In this document: positions 1 through 11,480 of the stretch, in pieces
Numbering within the stretch: the stretch's first letter is position 1
How the letters are laid out: every line of letters starts with the position of its first letter
Source of the DNA: Hydrolagus affinis
Taxonomy: Eukaryota
Length of the DNA stretch: 64,000 nt
Reading direction: 5' to 3'
Assembly (NCBI GenBank): GCA_012026655.1
Contig: JAAILG010001201.1
Span: 1-64,000 of the forward strand
Position numbers and translations under genes: made by a program
The notes under the pieces: model-generated
Told to the model about the DNA's origin: nothing
Database searches by the model: none
What the model saw: only the letters and a program-made list of their open reading frames with translations

Positions 1-245
1 AGGGGGAGAGTAAAGTGGTTAAATAGGGCGGGGCAAGGCCGTGTAAGGCCTTGAAGGTGAGGACGAGGATCTTGAACTCGATCCTCTGGAGAATGGGGAG
101 CCAGTGGAGACGGGCGAGGGTGGGGGTTATATGGTCGTGGAGGCGGGTGCGGGATAATACACGGGCTGCAGTTTTGGATGACCTGCAGCCTGTGAATGGA
201 GGAACTGGGGAGGCCGACGAGGAGAGAGTTACCATAGTCGAGCCT
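1..245 (-). mobile_element. L2-clade LINE ORF2 C-terminal fragment (frameshifted)
   Basis: Minus strand reads RLDYGNSLLVGLPSSSIHRLQVIQN, then after a frameshift AARVLSRTRLHDHITPTLARLHWLPILQRIEFKILVLTFKALHGLAPPYL. This is the typical L2 post-RT region. Confidence 0.9.
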
Positions 246-548
246 TAGCTCAGTGGTTACAGCACTCGACTTACAAGAGACCTGGATTTGATTGCCAGCA
301 GGTCAGAGCGAAACCTTGGGCAAGTTTCCTTACTCCACACACCTGATAATAATCACTCAAGAAAAAAATAATAAATTGGTCACTTCAATCCACGACTGTT
401 TGTGAGACACTGCTGTGTGCAATTGGCTGCCGCAATTCACCCGCAAATATACAGTCAATTAACTTTACAGTATATCCTGTGAAGTGCTTTGAGATGTTTA
501 GAAGATGTGAAAAGTACTAAATCAAATACAGGATTATTATTATTATTA
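246..548 (+). mobile_element. tRNA-derived SINE (main family of this window)
   Basis: A-box TAGCTCAGTGG, B-box-like GGATTTGATT, shared body (ttgggcaagtttccttactccacac...aattggctgcc), L2-like 3' end and (TTA)n tail. More than 10 related copies occur in the window. Confidence 0.88.
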
Positions 549-2391
549 CCCAATCGCCAAACACACACAAAGCTAGCATGGGGCATTATTAGATAGCAAT
601 CAGAAATGGGACCCTGGTTGTCTTTATCCAAAGAATTGTTACATCCCCAAAAAGTTGCTAAACTACTTGGGATAATTATCCGGAATCCTAATTATTAGTA
701 CTGAACTGCATACTATTCCTATTTTCCATTTTTTGACAGAACGTAAAACGATTTACTACAATCACTGTTGTTAAAAACAATGTATATTGATTTGAATTTA
801 GTAAAGTATTGGCAATTTTAAAAATCTGAACATTTACGAAAAATACATTAAAAGAAACATATAATAGTATTCAGAATTCTTATTTTCCCTCACATAAAGT
901 GGGTAATGATCTGAAGCGAGTGATTTACAATGGCTTTTTCTTTGAAGGAGAAAAATAATATAAGAGCGAGTATTCACAGTGTAAATTACTTCAACCATCT
1001 ACATAATATCAAAACATTGACTAAACATCTCCTGCTGGCTATAGTTATAGTGTTCTTAACCTCCAAGAGATCCATTGTAAAAATGTGAGTAAATGGTGTA
1101 TTGGAGAGTATCTCTGAAGAGAAATATAGAATTTGCCTTTGGACTTATCTGAAAGTTGAACCTGAGGTAACTTTGATGGAAAATAAGAAACAGGTGAGTC
1201 CACAACAGCTTTCAGCTGGTATTGATTTTTTTTCTAAACTTGAATGTTCTTTGGATTAATTTATGCCATTTAGGCAGCTCCTCAGCCCAAGTGAAGGCAT
1301 GGAATTGTGAGGCGCAAGGTCAGCAACAGTGCTTATCCCAAGGATATCATTTACCAGCTAACGTTAAATATGGGCAAACCACAATTAATCTTTGTAATGG
1401 TCATTAATTATGATAATTGAGGACATCTGCATGTGATTCCTGTAAGTTTTCCCTGTAAAGGATGAGTGTTCCTGATGCCTTGAGTGTGTTCCTCTTGTGT
1501 AGGACTTTTGTGAATTGTGCCAAAAATTTCAAGGAACTTTAGGAAAGCATCAGTTGATGAGACTGAAAAGGACCTAATGCAGTGTTTCTCAAGACTGGTA
1601 AGTGCTCAAAGCCATTTCACTCACCCCTTTCCTCTCCACACCCTCAAAGTCTTCCTAACTAAGCATAGGAAACAAGTAGGTTTCTTGAGCCTTCAGTTTG
1701 TTGATCCAGATCAGGTTCTCTAGCCTAATTAGGATATAAAGTCAAGCTTAAGCTCTGAGAAGACTAATAGTGTCCTTCTTCAACACCAGTGAATTCTGAG
1801 TATTTCTATGTAGAGTAATATTTAATTCATTGGTTTATCATTACTGCATTGGTAACTGGTTGATTTATGTATCTACAAAACCTCTGCAAAACCTTATGCT
1901 TTGAGGACAAAAGCTAAGTTTATTCATGCTGGCCAGGACCACTCAGGACTATGTGAAATGTGAATAAATGACTGCATGTAAGAAAGCAGAAAATTTCTAT
2001 TTCAGCCCTCCAATTTGCTACGAAGGAAGTTGGATACGTGTACTTATGGTTAAATTTAATGTACAGTACTTTACTTGTTACCATGTCATGATACTTTTAA
2101 GATTTTTGTTAGTTTTTGTCAAATTTGCAGATTCTCCATTAGATGTCTTTGATATATTGCTTGAGAAAAACACTACCGAATATAGAAAATTAACACTAAA
2201 GTATATAAGGGGGTATTTTAATACTTGAGCTGCAATTGCTCTTATTTTTAAGTGCAAAAATTTGCAAGGGAAAGAGAAGCTGGTGGCTGATCCCGATAGT
2301 GAGATTGCCATTACCAGCCTGCGGGTCTCCCTCATGTGCCCTGTTAGTTTCAGTCTCCATTCTTCACTGGTTGCTAACTGACTCCTGGAAC

Positions 2392-2720
2392 AAGAAGCCT
2401 TGTAGCTCAGTGGTTAGAGCACTCACCTTGCAAACGAGAAACTTGGGTTCAATTCCAGGCATGGGTGAAACCTTGGGCAATTTTCCTTACTCCACACGCC
2501 TGATAATAACCCTCAAAATAGAAACAATAATAAATTGGTCATTTCAATCCACAACTGTTTGTGCAACACTGCTGTGCACAATTGGGTGCCCCGTTTCACC
2601 CTCATATTTACAGTCCATTCACTATATTGTATCACAGTATATGCTGTGAAGCGCTTTGTAACGTCTAGGAGACGTGAAAAGCACTATAACAAATGCAATT
2701 GGATGATTATTATTATTATT
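2392..2720 (+). mobile_element. tRNA-derived SINE, full length
   Basis: TGTAGCTCAGTGGTTAGAGCA A-box, GGTTCAATTCC B-box, family body, (TTA)n tail. Confidence 0.9.
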
Positions 2721-5289
2721 CGTGTTTTAAATTTAATGCTAAAGATAAAAAGAGCAGTCTTCCTTATTCTTACTTCTTGCACACATTAATGCTTCATAGC
2801 TTTCTAAAGATCCCTTTGTGGAAATCGAAGAGTTGTACTTCTGTAGCTTTTAGGGTAGAATATACCACAGATGCAGCTTTCAGATAGTGGTTCTTTATCT
2901 TCAAAACAATGTGCTTTCCATCAAGCCACAAATTGACCACTCTGGTGTTCAAATTCAAACCTCCAATTCCTGATCACAATGGAGTTGTTCTTTGTGAAAT
3001 GGAAGGAGTCCTGGGTGTACAGAGCAGGTCAATTACCATGACAATTTCAATGTCAAGACTTCAGTTACATAGGATGAAATGGAAAGAACTCCTTCATTTC
3101 GAGAGAGTTTTTTCAGGAATCTCCAACTGCTACTCCTTCACTGCAGTACGCTGCTGAATAAAAAGTTTGTTCAGTCGTGGGACAGTTGTCTTCTACACCA
3201 GAAGGATAGCAGATATCCGTAAATACTGCTGAACCATGATTGTATCAAACAAGATAATGTGATCATGTATGAAGCAGAATGATGTGAAGATGTTACTCAA
3301 ACATCTCTGGATATTCCTCGGGCTTTTGAAGAAAAATTCTTAAATTCTAATTCAATGAAAAGTAAGTCTCAACATCTTCTGCCTTGTTTCAATCTCAGAT
3401 ATAACATTTAATAAGAGTATTGTAGTATGATCCTAAAACCATATTCATGTGATTAGCATGCAATGTGATATTAATATGATATGATCCTCATATTAAGTGA
3501 TGGTTCTCATTATTAGTTGTTTCTATTCAAATGTGCATTTTCACTTATACTTTTGATTTTCTACACTAGGCTTTTACTGATCTGTTACATTAAAGTAGCT
3601 TTTACTCTGTTAAAAATATTGCATTGTTGAATTTACAAATGGATAAATTTCTCTATTAATGTTTCTGCACTTAATCAGTGCAGAATTGACAAACATTGTA
3701 ATGCTCTCCACAATCTTAATCAGTTTGTTTCATTGTCAATGTATTTCCAATACATTGGTAGAAAGTTTTGCTTTTCTGGAACCAAAGATATTCCCCTGAA
3801 CAAAATAAATCACTCTCTACCTTCTGAAACAAAGCACAATTCAAACACAGAATGTCCAAATGCTCCGAATGTTCCATTATAAGAAAGTGTTTTCTGAAAT
3901 TCATTCAAGTCTACATACTTTGGATAGGCATTTAGGTATTCAAGTAATTAATGCAGTCATGTGTCAATTAATCAAAGGATATAGATGCTCACTTCAATAG
4001 TTTGAAAGTATTCGGTGTGGGTGGACCTCTGACAGGGCTGCATTATGCTGTGGAACCAATATGGGTCATGGACTAGAGAAGATAGGACATGTCTTTGTGC
4101 ATTCATTGTTCCATTTCATCAATTGTTGAAGGTTGTTCTTCATTTGGTTTTCAGTTTGGAATTATTAGAACTAATTGGTCCCCGATAAATGATTTGGATT
4201 GGATTGTTCAAATAGCTTCTGTGTTTCTCGTTTTCTCTTACTGGTCACCTCTAAACACCTTCATACAGTATTAGAAATGTTTATTATTGATTGTTTGCGT
4301 GTGTTCTGATTACTTTTGTGCTGTTGATCCTCAGCAATGGGAAATGACAGATGGGTATCCATATGTTCTTTCTCTACCAGAGTAATGTTTTGACAAAGGA
4401 CTTCCTCACAAAAGTTTTTCTCTTTATTTCTCCATCCTCTGTCCCTTCAGCCCCTGTTCCCACATTATCTTCCTTTAGCCATGAGAGTGAGATGGTGCTG
4501 TCTGCATAACATCCAAAGAGAGTATCAGTCCCACTTCTTGAACAATCTATCAGGATGCGCACTTAATGATTGCAATAAAGGAATTCCATCCAGACAAGTT
4601 TCTCTTCACTCCAGATGACTGGACTAAATTGGGCTACAATGAGCTCAAATGCTAATTGAAGGCCCAGAATGTCACTTTAAACATTTTGCTGTTTATCGTT
4701 TTCACCAATGGAAACACAATTGATAAATCTTCCCACCACTACTACCAAGGGACTCAAATCTTATCTGTTCAGGGATGAGGTCAAATTAATGTAACCACTT
4801 TCAAATGTACTCAGATCAGTGTTAAATAGGAAATGTAGCTGATGTATTGCAGATGTCTTTTTCAAAAGCATCCCTTGACTAAGCAAACTTAACAAAATGA
4901 GTATGAAATGAATACCATTCAGAACTTTCCTTTTTCAAGTTATACTATTTGTGGGATAAGAAATCCCAAAGTAAGTCGTTGATCACAGAATGCATATTTA
5001 GCATCTTGTTATGCACCTAACGAATGTCGATTCTGAAAAAATTGGGAAAATCAAGAATGCTTATATTGTCCAAATCTATGTTGTAATATTACGATTGAAT
5101 TATATGCTCCTTTATCCAAATAAATTATAACTACTTTGAACTAATAAATAAAGGCTGCTGAAGGATTGTGCCATAAACTATGCACTTCTTTCTGTAGATT
5201 GGTATAATGTGTTTTATCAGCATTTTGGTTATTATAAATAAAGGAACTTCCTTTGTTTAGCAATCTGTTCAATTTTCTTCTGTTTGTTC

Positions 5290-6210
5290 TTCACCTGATC
5301 AAAGTAGAAAAACACCATAACTGATTAATTGCCTTGCAGCATAATCCTCTTGCTGTATTTGACACATATTTCACAAAGACAAAAGGATGCTTTTTATCTT
5401 GCATTGTGAGTGTGGGCGCAATGTGCAGAATTCAAGTCTATGAGAGACTGGCAGTCCCAGCAGGAATTGCCACTGCATTGCAACCTTTAAGGCTTTCATT
5501 GTGACAAACACATCTGTAACTTCTGCACAGTTTGCGAACATTTATGCATACGTGGGAGGTGTGGAAAGACAGAGAGCATTGTGAAAAGTACTGCCTTTTT
5601 ACGTACCACATTTGCATTTTACAAACAACATTAAAGTGGTAATACCCAAGCTTGTATTTTAAATTTAAAGTTTAGTTTATTGACTGACTGCTATTTTTAG
5701 ATCATACAGTTTAAGATTGTGATCTGTCGATGCTTATGGCCAGTAGGCCAAAGAAGAAATCAAAAGGAAAATTTGGGAAAGAAAATAGTCAAGCAAAAGA
5801 TGAATGCAAATCATAGATAAGTAATTTAGTCAAATAATGTAACCAAAAGAGACCATATTATATTGATGCGAAGAAAGTAATGGAGTGGAACAGTTGTATA
5901 AATCTGAGTTTTTGAGTTCTCTTTTCATGTGATTACTAAAGCTGTTTGAGACCTGTTACTGATGAAGTTTATCACTGGTTCAGAATTGTGCTGCCTGAAG
6001 CGAGTTTGTATTTATTGTGCGCCTACAAAGTTCAGACAGGATTTCAGTTGCCCTTCGGTTTCCCCCACACAGCAACTATGTGCATTTCTTATATCTGATG
6101 AGGCACACTAAATTCCTACTTGTGCGGGAGTGAGCAGTATTGATTATGAATTTGTTCCTGTGGCGTGCTCTCATGCTATTTAGGAGAGATATGTGGGTGC
6201 ATACCTTTTA
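5290..6210. promoter_or_regulatory. Candidate distal EGR2 enhancer (EGR + Sox motif cluster)
   Basis: Repeat-free block with EGR-like sites GTGTGGGCG (5410-5418), ACGTGGGAG (5550-5558), CCCCCACAC (~6062) and ATGTGGGTG (~6191). Sox-type sites CATTGTG x3 (5402, 5497, 5577) and CACAAAG (5372). Confidence 0.45.
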
Positions 6211-6807
6211 CTGCTTCAAGTCTAGAGAGAAATGTGAGCTGAGCTCCATTTACAAGAGTAATTGTAAAAATATTTTAACATCCTCATAATGCCAGTTATT
6301 TTGTTTTAATCATCACTTTATTCAGCAATTGGCAGAGCTTCAATTAAATTCCATCTCTGTGGCAGCAGCCTAATTAAATCCACATCGGTACAAACATTCA
6401 GACACCTTGATGTTCCTATAAGGGGTTCCCCATTATCTGTGCCTGACTTGTATTTCTAATCGACAGGGTCAATTTGGCTCCATCAAAATGCTGTCACATA
6501 AATGGGCTTAAAGTTATTCTCCAATGAACACTGTAATGAAACATGTTGGAGGTGCTGGCAGATGTACAGGCTTCTTTCAGACAAAAGATTGTGAATAGCT
6601 GCAAATGAGCTGTTCCACTTTGCAAAGTTATTACCAAATCTGGGTTATGCATCAGCTGAGCTAAAATCAATATGGAGTTTGGGGTCTGATTTATGGTATT
6701 TTTTAATGGGATTCCTTAATAATCAATCTGAGCTATGCAAACAGTAACTTACATTGGAAGTGCCTCAATCTGTCTGAGATCTCTACTCTGATGAAATCAG
6801 GTGTGAA

Positions 6808-7407
6808 CCTGGCTTAATTGGTAGCACTCTCGCTTCTTAAAAGTTTGTGGGTTCAAACCCTAGATTGTGACTTAAAACTCATCGTCTAGACCAGTGGTGG
6901 CCAACCTATTTGGCCGCTTTGGCCGCAACTGCACATGTACAACAGAACAACAAATGATCTGTTGTACATGTGCAGTTGTCCAGACAAGTCAATGCTGTAT
7001 TTTCAGTAGCTACCGAGCCATGATACCCATGGCATGGCCATAAATAAAGGAAAAATTATTTAGTTGGCCGACTGAAACAGTTAACCACCACTGGTCCTGA
7101 TTGAATGCTGGGTGGACACTGAATGTTATGAGGAACTGTTCTTCAGGTGCGAATTTAAACTAAGGTTCCATCTGCCTGTTGAGATGAATCTAAAAGATCC
7201 TATGACACTGTTCAAAAAGGGAATTTATTCCAATGTCCTGGCCAACAATCTCCCGAAATAAAGGATTAGTCATTTGTCTTATGACTATAGGATGTTGCCA
7301 TGTGCAAAGTGACTGCTGCTTTTGCCTACAATTACAATCATTTACTTTACAGTAAAATCCTGTGAAGCGCTTGGTGACATTTTGATGTGAACGGTGCTGT
7401 GTCAAAT
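6808..7407 (+). mobile_element. Old Deu-domain-like SINE (SacSINE1/AmnSINE-like), interrupted by a hAT MITE
   Basis: tRNA-like head TGGCTTAATTGGTAGCAC...GGGTTCAAACCC, central aaagatcctatgacactgttc...tgtcctggccaaca block, and a 3' tail shared with the young SINE. Confidence 0.65.
6892..7093. mobile_element. Non-autonomous hAT (Charlie-like) MITE
   Basis: TIRs CAGTGGTGGCCAAC / GTTAACCACCACTG (12/14 match). Left flank GTCTAGAC fits the NTCTAGAN target; right flank GTCCTGAT matches 5/8. Confidence 0.75.
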
Positions 7408-7463
7408 TATAAACTACTTCCGCGGGTGGATGGAAATTCTATTCAATATTTTTATATACTGTA

Positions 7464-7796
7464 CAGTAAAACCGCAAATCCAACATTCCAAAAGCCGGCA
7501 ACTCCCTAAAAGCAGCAAGATTTCAAAATACAACATTATTAGATTTTTTTTTCCGATGTCCAGCTAATCTCCTGAAGTTTGGAACAGCTGCTTGTAGTTC
7601 CCTGTGTGGCCGTTCTGTCATCCGGCGCTGTGGTTGGAGCTCGGGCATTATTTGGCTTCTGTGCTATGTTTAAGCACACGCGGTATATGGGGCAGGGCTT
7701 CCCCAGCCATTTCTAGGTAGGTTCATAAACACCGACAAACTCTGAAATCCGGGAGGTGAGCGGGCCCAACCATACCGGATTATCATGGTTTTACTG
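7464..7796. mobile_element. Tc1/mariner (Tigger/pogo-like) MITE
   Basis: TIRs CAGTAAAACC / GGTTTTACTG with TA on the left flank. The subterminal sequence matches the 11991-12314 element in opposite orientation. Confidence 0.7.
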
Positions 7797-8312
7797 TGTA
7801 TATAATATATAACCTTTGGGTAAAATAAAGTATAAATATAATCACCCCACAGTTTGCAAGCATAATGATGGGGACATTTAATCGGAAACCAAGTTCCTCA
7901 GGATTGAACTAAAATGCTGCCTGCCATTCTCGATTATTGCATGGACAGGTGTGAGGATAGGAGAGGGTTGGGAAAAGGAAAAATGTTATACATTAAGAAA
8001 GGCCTGCACCAAGATACTTGTATATCTGAATAAGCCTGACTCTGAACAACAGTGGATAGCCATGAACCATTTGTTATGTGATCTCTGTTTAGTGTCCTTT
8101 CAATCTTTCTCTTCACCCCATCTCCATATGTGATCTAGTTTCTTTAAAAAGCCAAAATCATATGAGGCCACAATATGATCGACCTTCTTCCAATTGTGGG
8201 GACCTGGGACCAACTAGTAAAACGAATGTTTTTCCACTGACTTGAGGAACAAAGCTGGGAAAGAAAACATCCCAAATAAAAGGGGAAAAAGTGCTAATGA
8301 TCAACATGTATT

Positions 8313-8555
8313 ACAACAACAACAACAACAAAATTACATTTGAAGAGCGCCTTTCACATCGGGAGGACGTCCCAAAGCATTGAACAGTCAGGGGTCAGGG
8401 GTGTTTAGGGGATGAGTGGGGGTTCAGTGTTAGAATGAAGGAGAGCAGAGAGGTAGGAGGGAGGCACGGTCAAAAAGTGGGGCGGTTTTGAGACTGGCCT
8501 TAAAGTAGGCAAGGGAGGAGCAAGGCGAAGGGATTGTGGGATGGAGTTCTAAAGT
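8313..8555 (-). mobile_element. L2 LINE 3' end
   Basis: (CAA)n tail followed by aaattacatttg..agcgcctttcacatcgggaggacgtcccaa, a motif recurring many times in the window. Confidence 0.75.
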
Positions 8556-8796
8556 GAGACTTGTCTGTCACATGCTAACACAAATGGAAGAATTCATACC
8601 CATAATTGCTGTGAGCTTGATTGTAAGTGATGCTTTCCTCTGAGTCAGAAGTTTGTGGGTCCAAGCTCCATGTAAGGATGTAAGATCATAATTGATACTT
8701 CAGGGTAGTGATGGGGGAGGATTATGATTGTGAAACTGCAAGGATTATTGTTATTATAGATTATAAATCTTTCTGTCTACCTGTTATATGGGAATT

Positions 8797-9107
8797 AATA
8801 ATAATCCTTGCATTTGATGTAGTGCTTTTCACATTTCTAGACGTCTCAAAGCACTTCACAGAATATACTATAAAATGAATTAACTGTATATTTGTGAGCA
8901 AAATGTGGCAGCCAGTTGCGCACAGCAGTGTCCCACAAACAATTGTGGATTGAAATGACCAATTTTATTATTGTGGTTTTTTTTGAGGGATTATTATGAG
9001 TGTGGAGTAAGGAAACTTGCCCAAGGTTTCGCCCTGACCTGCCTGGATTCGAAACACAGGTCTCACACTTGTAAGCTAGTGCTCTAACCACTGAGCTACA
9101 GGACTCC
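8797..9107 (-). mobile_element. tRNA-derived SINE, full length
   Basis: Reverse complement of the family, ending ...gctctaaccactgagctacaggactcc. Confidence 0.9.
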
Positions 9108-9110
9108 ACC

Positions 9111-9370
9111 ACGAGATGTCTCAAAGCGCTTCATAGGATATACTGTAAAGTGGATTGAGTGTGTACAGTGGAGTAAAACGTGGCAGCAAATTGCACCATC
9201 AATGTCCCACAAACAGCCATGGAGTGAGTGACCAATGTTATTTGGGGGATTTTTGGCTAGGATACCTGGAGAATCTCCCTTCTAATTATGAATAGTGCCA
9301 TCCATGGGATCTTTAGCATCCACTAAAAAAGACAGATGGGAGTTCAATTTACCATTTTATCTGAAGGATG
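9111..9370 (-). mobile_element. Older Deu-domain-like SINE fragment
   Basis: Shared 3' tail plus the aatagtgccat..gggatcttt central block on the reverse strand. Confidence 0.6.
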
Positions 9371-9655
9371 AAAATAGAACAATACAAGTATATTGAATGT
9401 TTAGTATTCAATATACCGGTATTGAATGTTTAGTATCACACAGTATTCAGTCTATGACATACATAGTCTCTCCCTTGCTCTAGTTTTCCTGTAAATTGAA
9501 TCTCTCAGACTGTGAAGTTTGGGAAGGGCTGAGTACTTAACTGATGCAATGTCACATTGGTAATGCTGGAAGGGAAATGGAATTCTTGAATGTAGTATTC
9601 ATTGTTCCTTCGATTTCACAAGATTTTCCCCAGTCATAGATCTATTAATCAATGT

Positions 9656-10125
9656 AATAATAATAATAATCCTTGCATTTGAAATAACGCTTTTCACCCC
9701 AAAGTGCTTCACAGAATATACTGTAAATATACAGAATATAACTGTAAATTTGTGGGCGAATCGCGGCAGCCAATTATGCACAGCAGTGTTCTACAAACAG
9801 TCATGGATTGAAATTACCAATTTTATTATTGTGGGGCAAAACACAAAATACTACAGATGCTGGGAATCTGAAACAAAAACAAAAGTTGCTGGGGAAACTC
9901 AGCAGGTCAGGCAGCATCCATGGAGAAAGGAAAAAGAGTCAACGTTTCAGGTCTACAACCCTTCGTCAGAAGGGTTCTTCGTTCTGACGAAGGGTTGTAG
10001 ACCCGAAACATTGACTCTTTTTCCTGTCTCCATGAATGCTGCCTGACTTGCTGAGTTTCCCCAGCAACTTTTGCTTTTGTTTATTATTGTGAGGGTTTTT
10101 TTTGGACGGATTATTATTAGGCATG
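9656..10125 (-). mobile_element. tRNA-SINE family copy, 5'-truncated and split by an insertion
   Basis: The family body runs to ttttattattgtg (9833) and resumes at 10080-10125 (ggattattattaggcatg). Confidence 0.8.
9834..10079. mobile_element. Inverted-repeat Penelope-like retroelement remnant with hammerhead-like cores
   Basis: Arms 9871-9971 and 9982-10082 are inverted with 6 mismatches in ~101 bp. Each has CTGACGA-stem-GAAA. The insertion is flanked by a TTTATTATTGTG duplication (9822-9833, 10080-10091). Confidence 0.75.
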
Positions 10126-10317
10126 TAAATGAATGATGCAGTATTGCCAGGGTTGACAATGTGTAGATCAGCAGCAGCAACAGCATATATTAATACAATC
10201 AGTAGCAAGTCCTAAAATGTAATAGTATGGAATGGTATGTGAAACACACCTAGTCACAAACCTTAGTGTCTGGAGAGTTATTGTTCAGAAAATTTCAAAA
10301 ACAAACTTCTTATTATA

Positions 10318-10495
10318 CAGTGAAGTCCTGATAATCCGATCCTGTCTTGAGTTGTCACTACCGCTTAAATCACCATGCTGTCAATATCACCATAACATTT
10401 ATTTATGTATTTATACATATGCCTAACTCACCAATCTGGATAACTCATCATTGAGTCCTTTTTCCTTGAATCGACAATTTATCAGCAGTTTACTG
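10318..10495. mobile_element. Degenerate Tc1/mariner-type MITE
   Basis: TA|CAGTGAAGTCCTGATAA ... TTATCAGCAGTTTACTG|TA, imperfect TIRs with TA flanks. Confidence 0.5.
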
Positions 10496-11124
10496 TAATT
10501 AATTAATAATCCTAAATCAATATATAGATTGTATCGTTTGACAATGTAAGGATTGAAGCATTCACTTCGTAATATTCAGATGTAAGTTAAGTTCTGTGTT
10601 GTATTTAAATGTTAGTGTAAATTTAGATGTTATACCAATTTAAAAGAGGTGCATTAGTTTTTAATCCTAAATACAAGGTGAGGAAACCCAACAACAAATC
10701 TTAATCTACAGCAAGAATGCTATCTGATGAATGAGTAATACTGCAATATTGGTATGGGAATTTACACAACTGTTTCTTGGCCATTTGCCCAGTATATGGA
10801 AAGATGTGTGGGGCATAGTGTCTGTAATGGAGGAAGAACAAAATCGAAAAAACGTGGGAGAACAGCCACTGTCATCTCTATGTTTAAACACGCCTACAAT
10901 GCAACAGTTCAAACATGTATAGCGATCAGCAATGATTCTGTTTCAGCATTAATTCCTGTAGGTACAGTGCGTATTCCAATAGATGGGTAAATTCCATTCT
11001 GCCCACAACAGTGACTGGTAATGGAAGGAAGAAGAATCTGATAGAAGACCAGTCATTTTACAGTACACTGATTCATATGTGAACATCACAAGTGTGAATC
11101 ACAATAATCATATGTATATAATAC

Positions 11125-11480
11125 TACTTGCATTTGATACATTGCCTCTAATGTTGCCAAGTTGTTTGCTGTAAGGTGTATTGACTGCATATTTGAAAGT
11201 AAATGTGCAAGCCATTTAGGTACAGCAATTATACTATAAGCAACAAAGTGAATAATCAATTTATCTGGACGATTGTTGCACAGGGCATCAGGAGAAATTC
11301 TCTTCTCTTTTGAAATTGTATCAGGGATCCTTATTGTTCACCTGAACAGGAAAACAGGATCTTGGTTTAACATCTTAAACATAAGATGACACTTCTGCCA
11401 ATGCCTTGTCTGTGAGATCAAAGTTCTGATATGGGGCTTGAACCCACAACCTTATAATCCAGATGCAAGAGTGTGACTGA
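11125..11480 (-). mobile_element. Old Deu-domain-like SINE, degenerate
   Basis: cttgcatttgata tail, gggatcctt..ttcacctgaacagg central block, and ggggcttgaacccacaacc (B-box on the reverse strand). Confidence 0.6.

Noticed and set aside
1100-1199. Strong donor CAG|GTGAGT at ~1194
   Set aside because: No convincing acceptor or partner exons. An isolated donor is expected by chance.
2392-2465. tRNA-like sequences at SINE heads (also 9035-9107, 22220-22290, 59331-59400)
   Set aside because: They continue directly into the SINE body, are mutually diverged, and lack an intact cloverleaf and terminator. They are not tRNA genes.
2870-3330. Coding-like composition with fragment VKWKESWV; similar impression at 4374-4700
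   Set aside because: All frames are interrupted and no family is recognisable by eye. It may be a decayed transposon; BLASTX/HMMER is needed.
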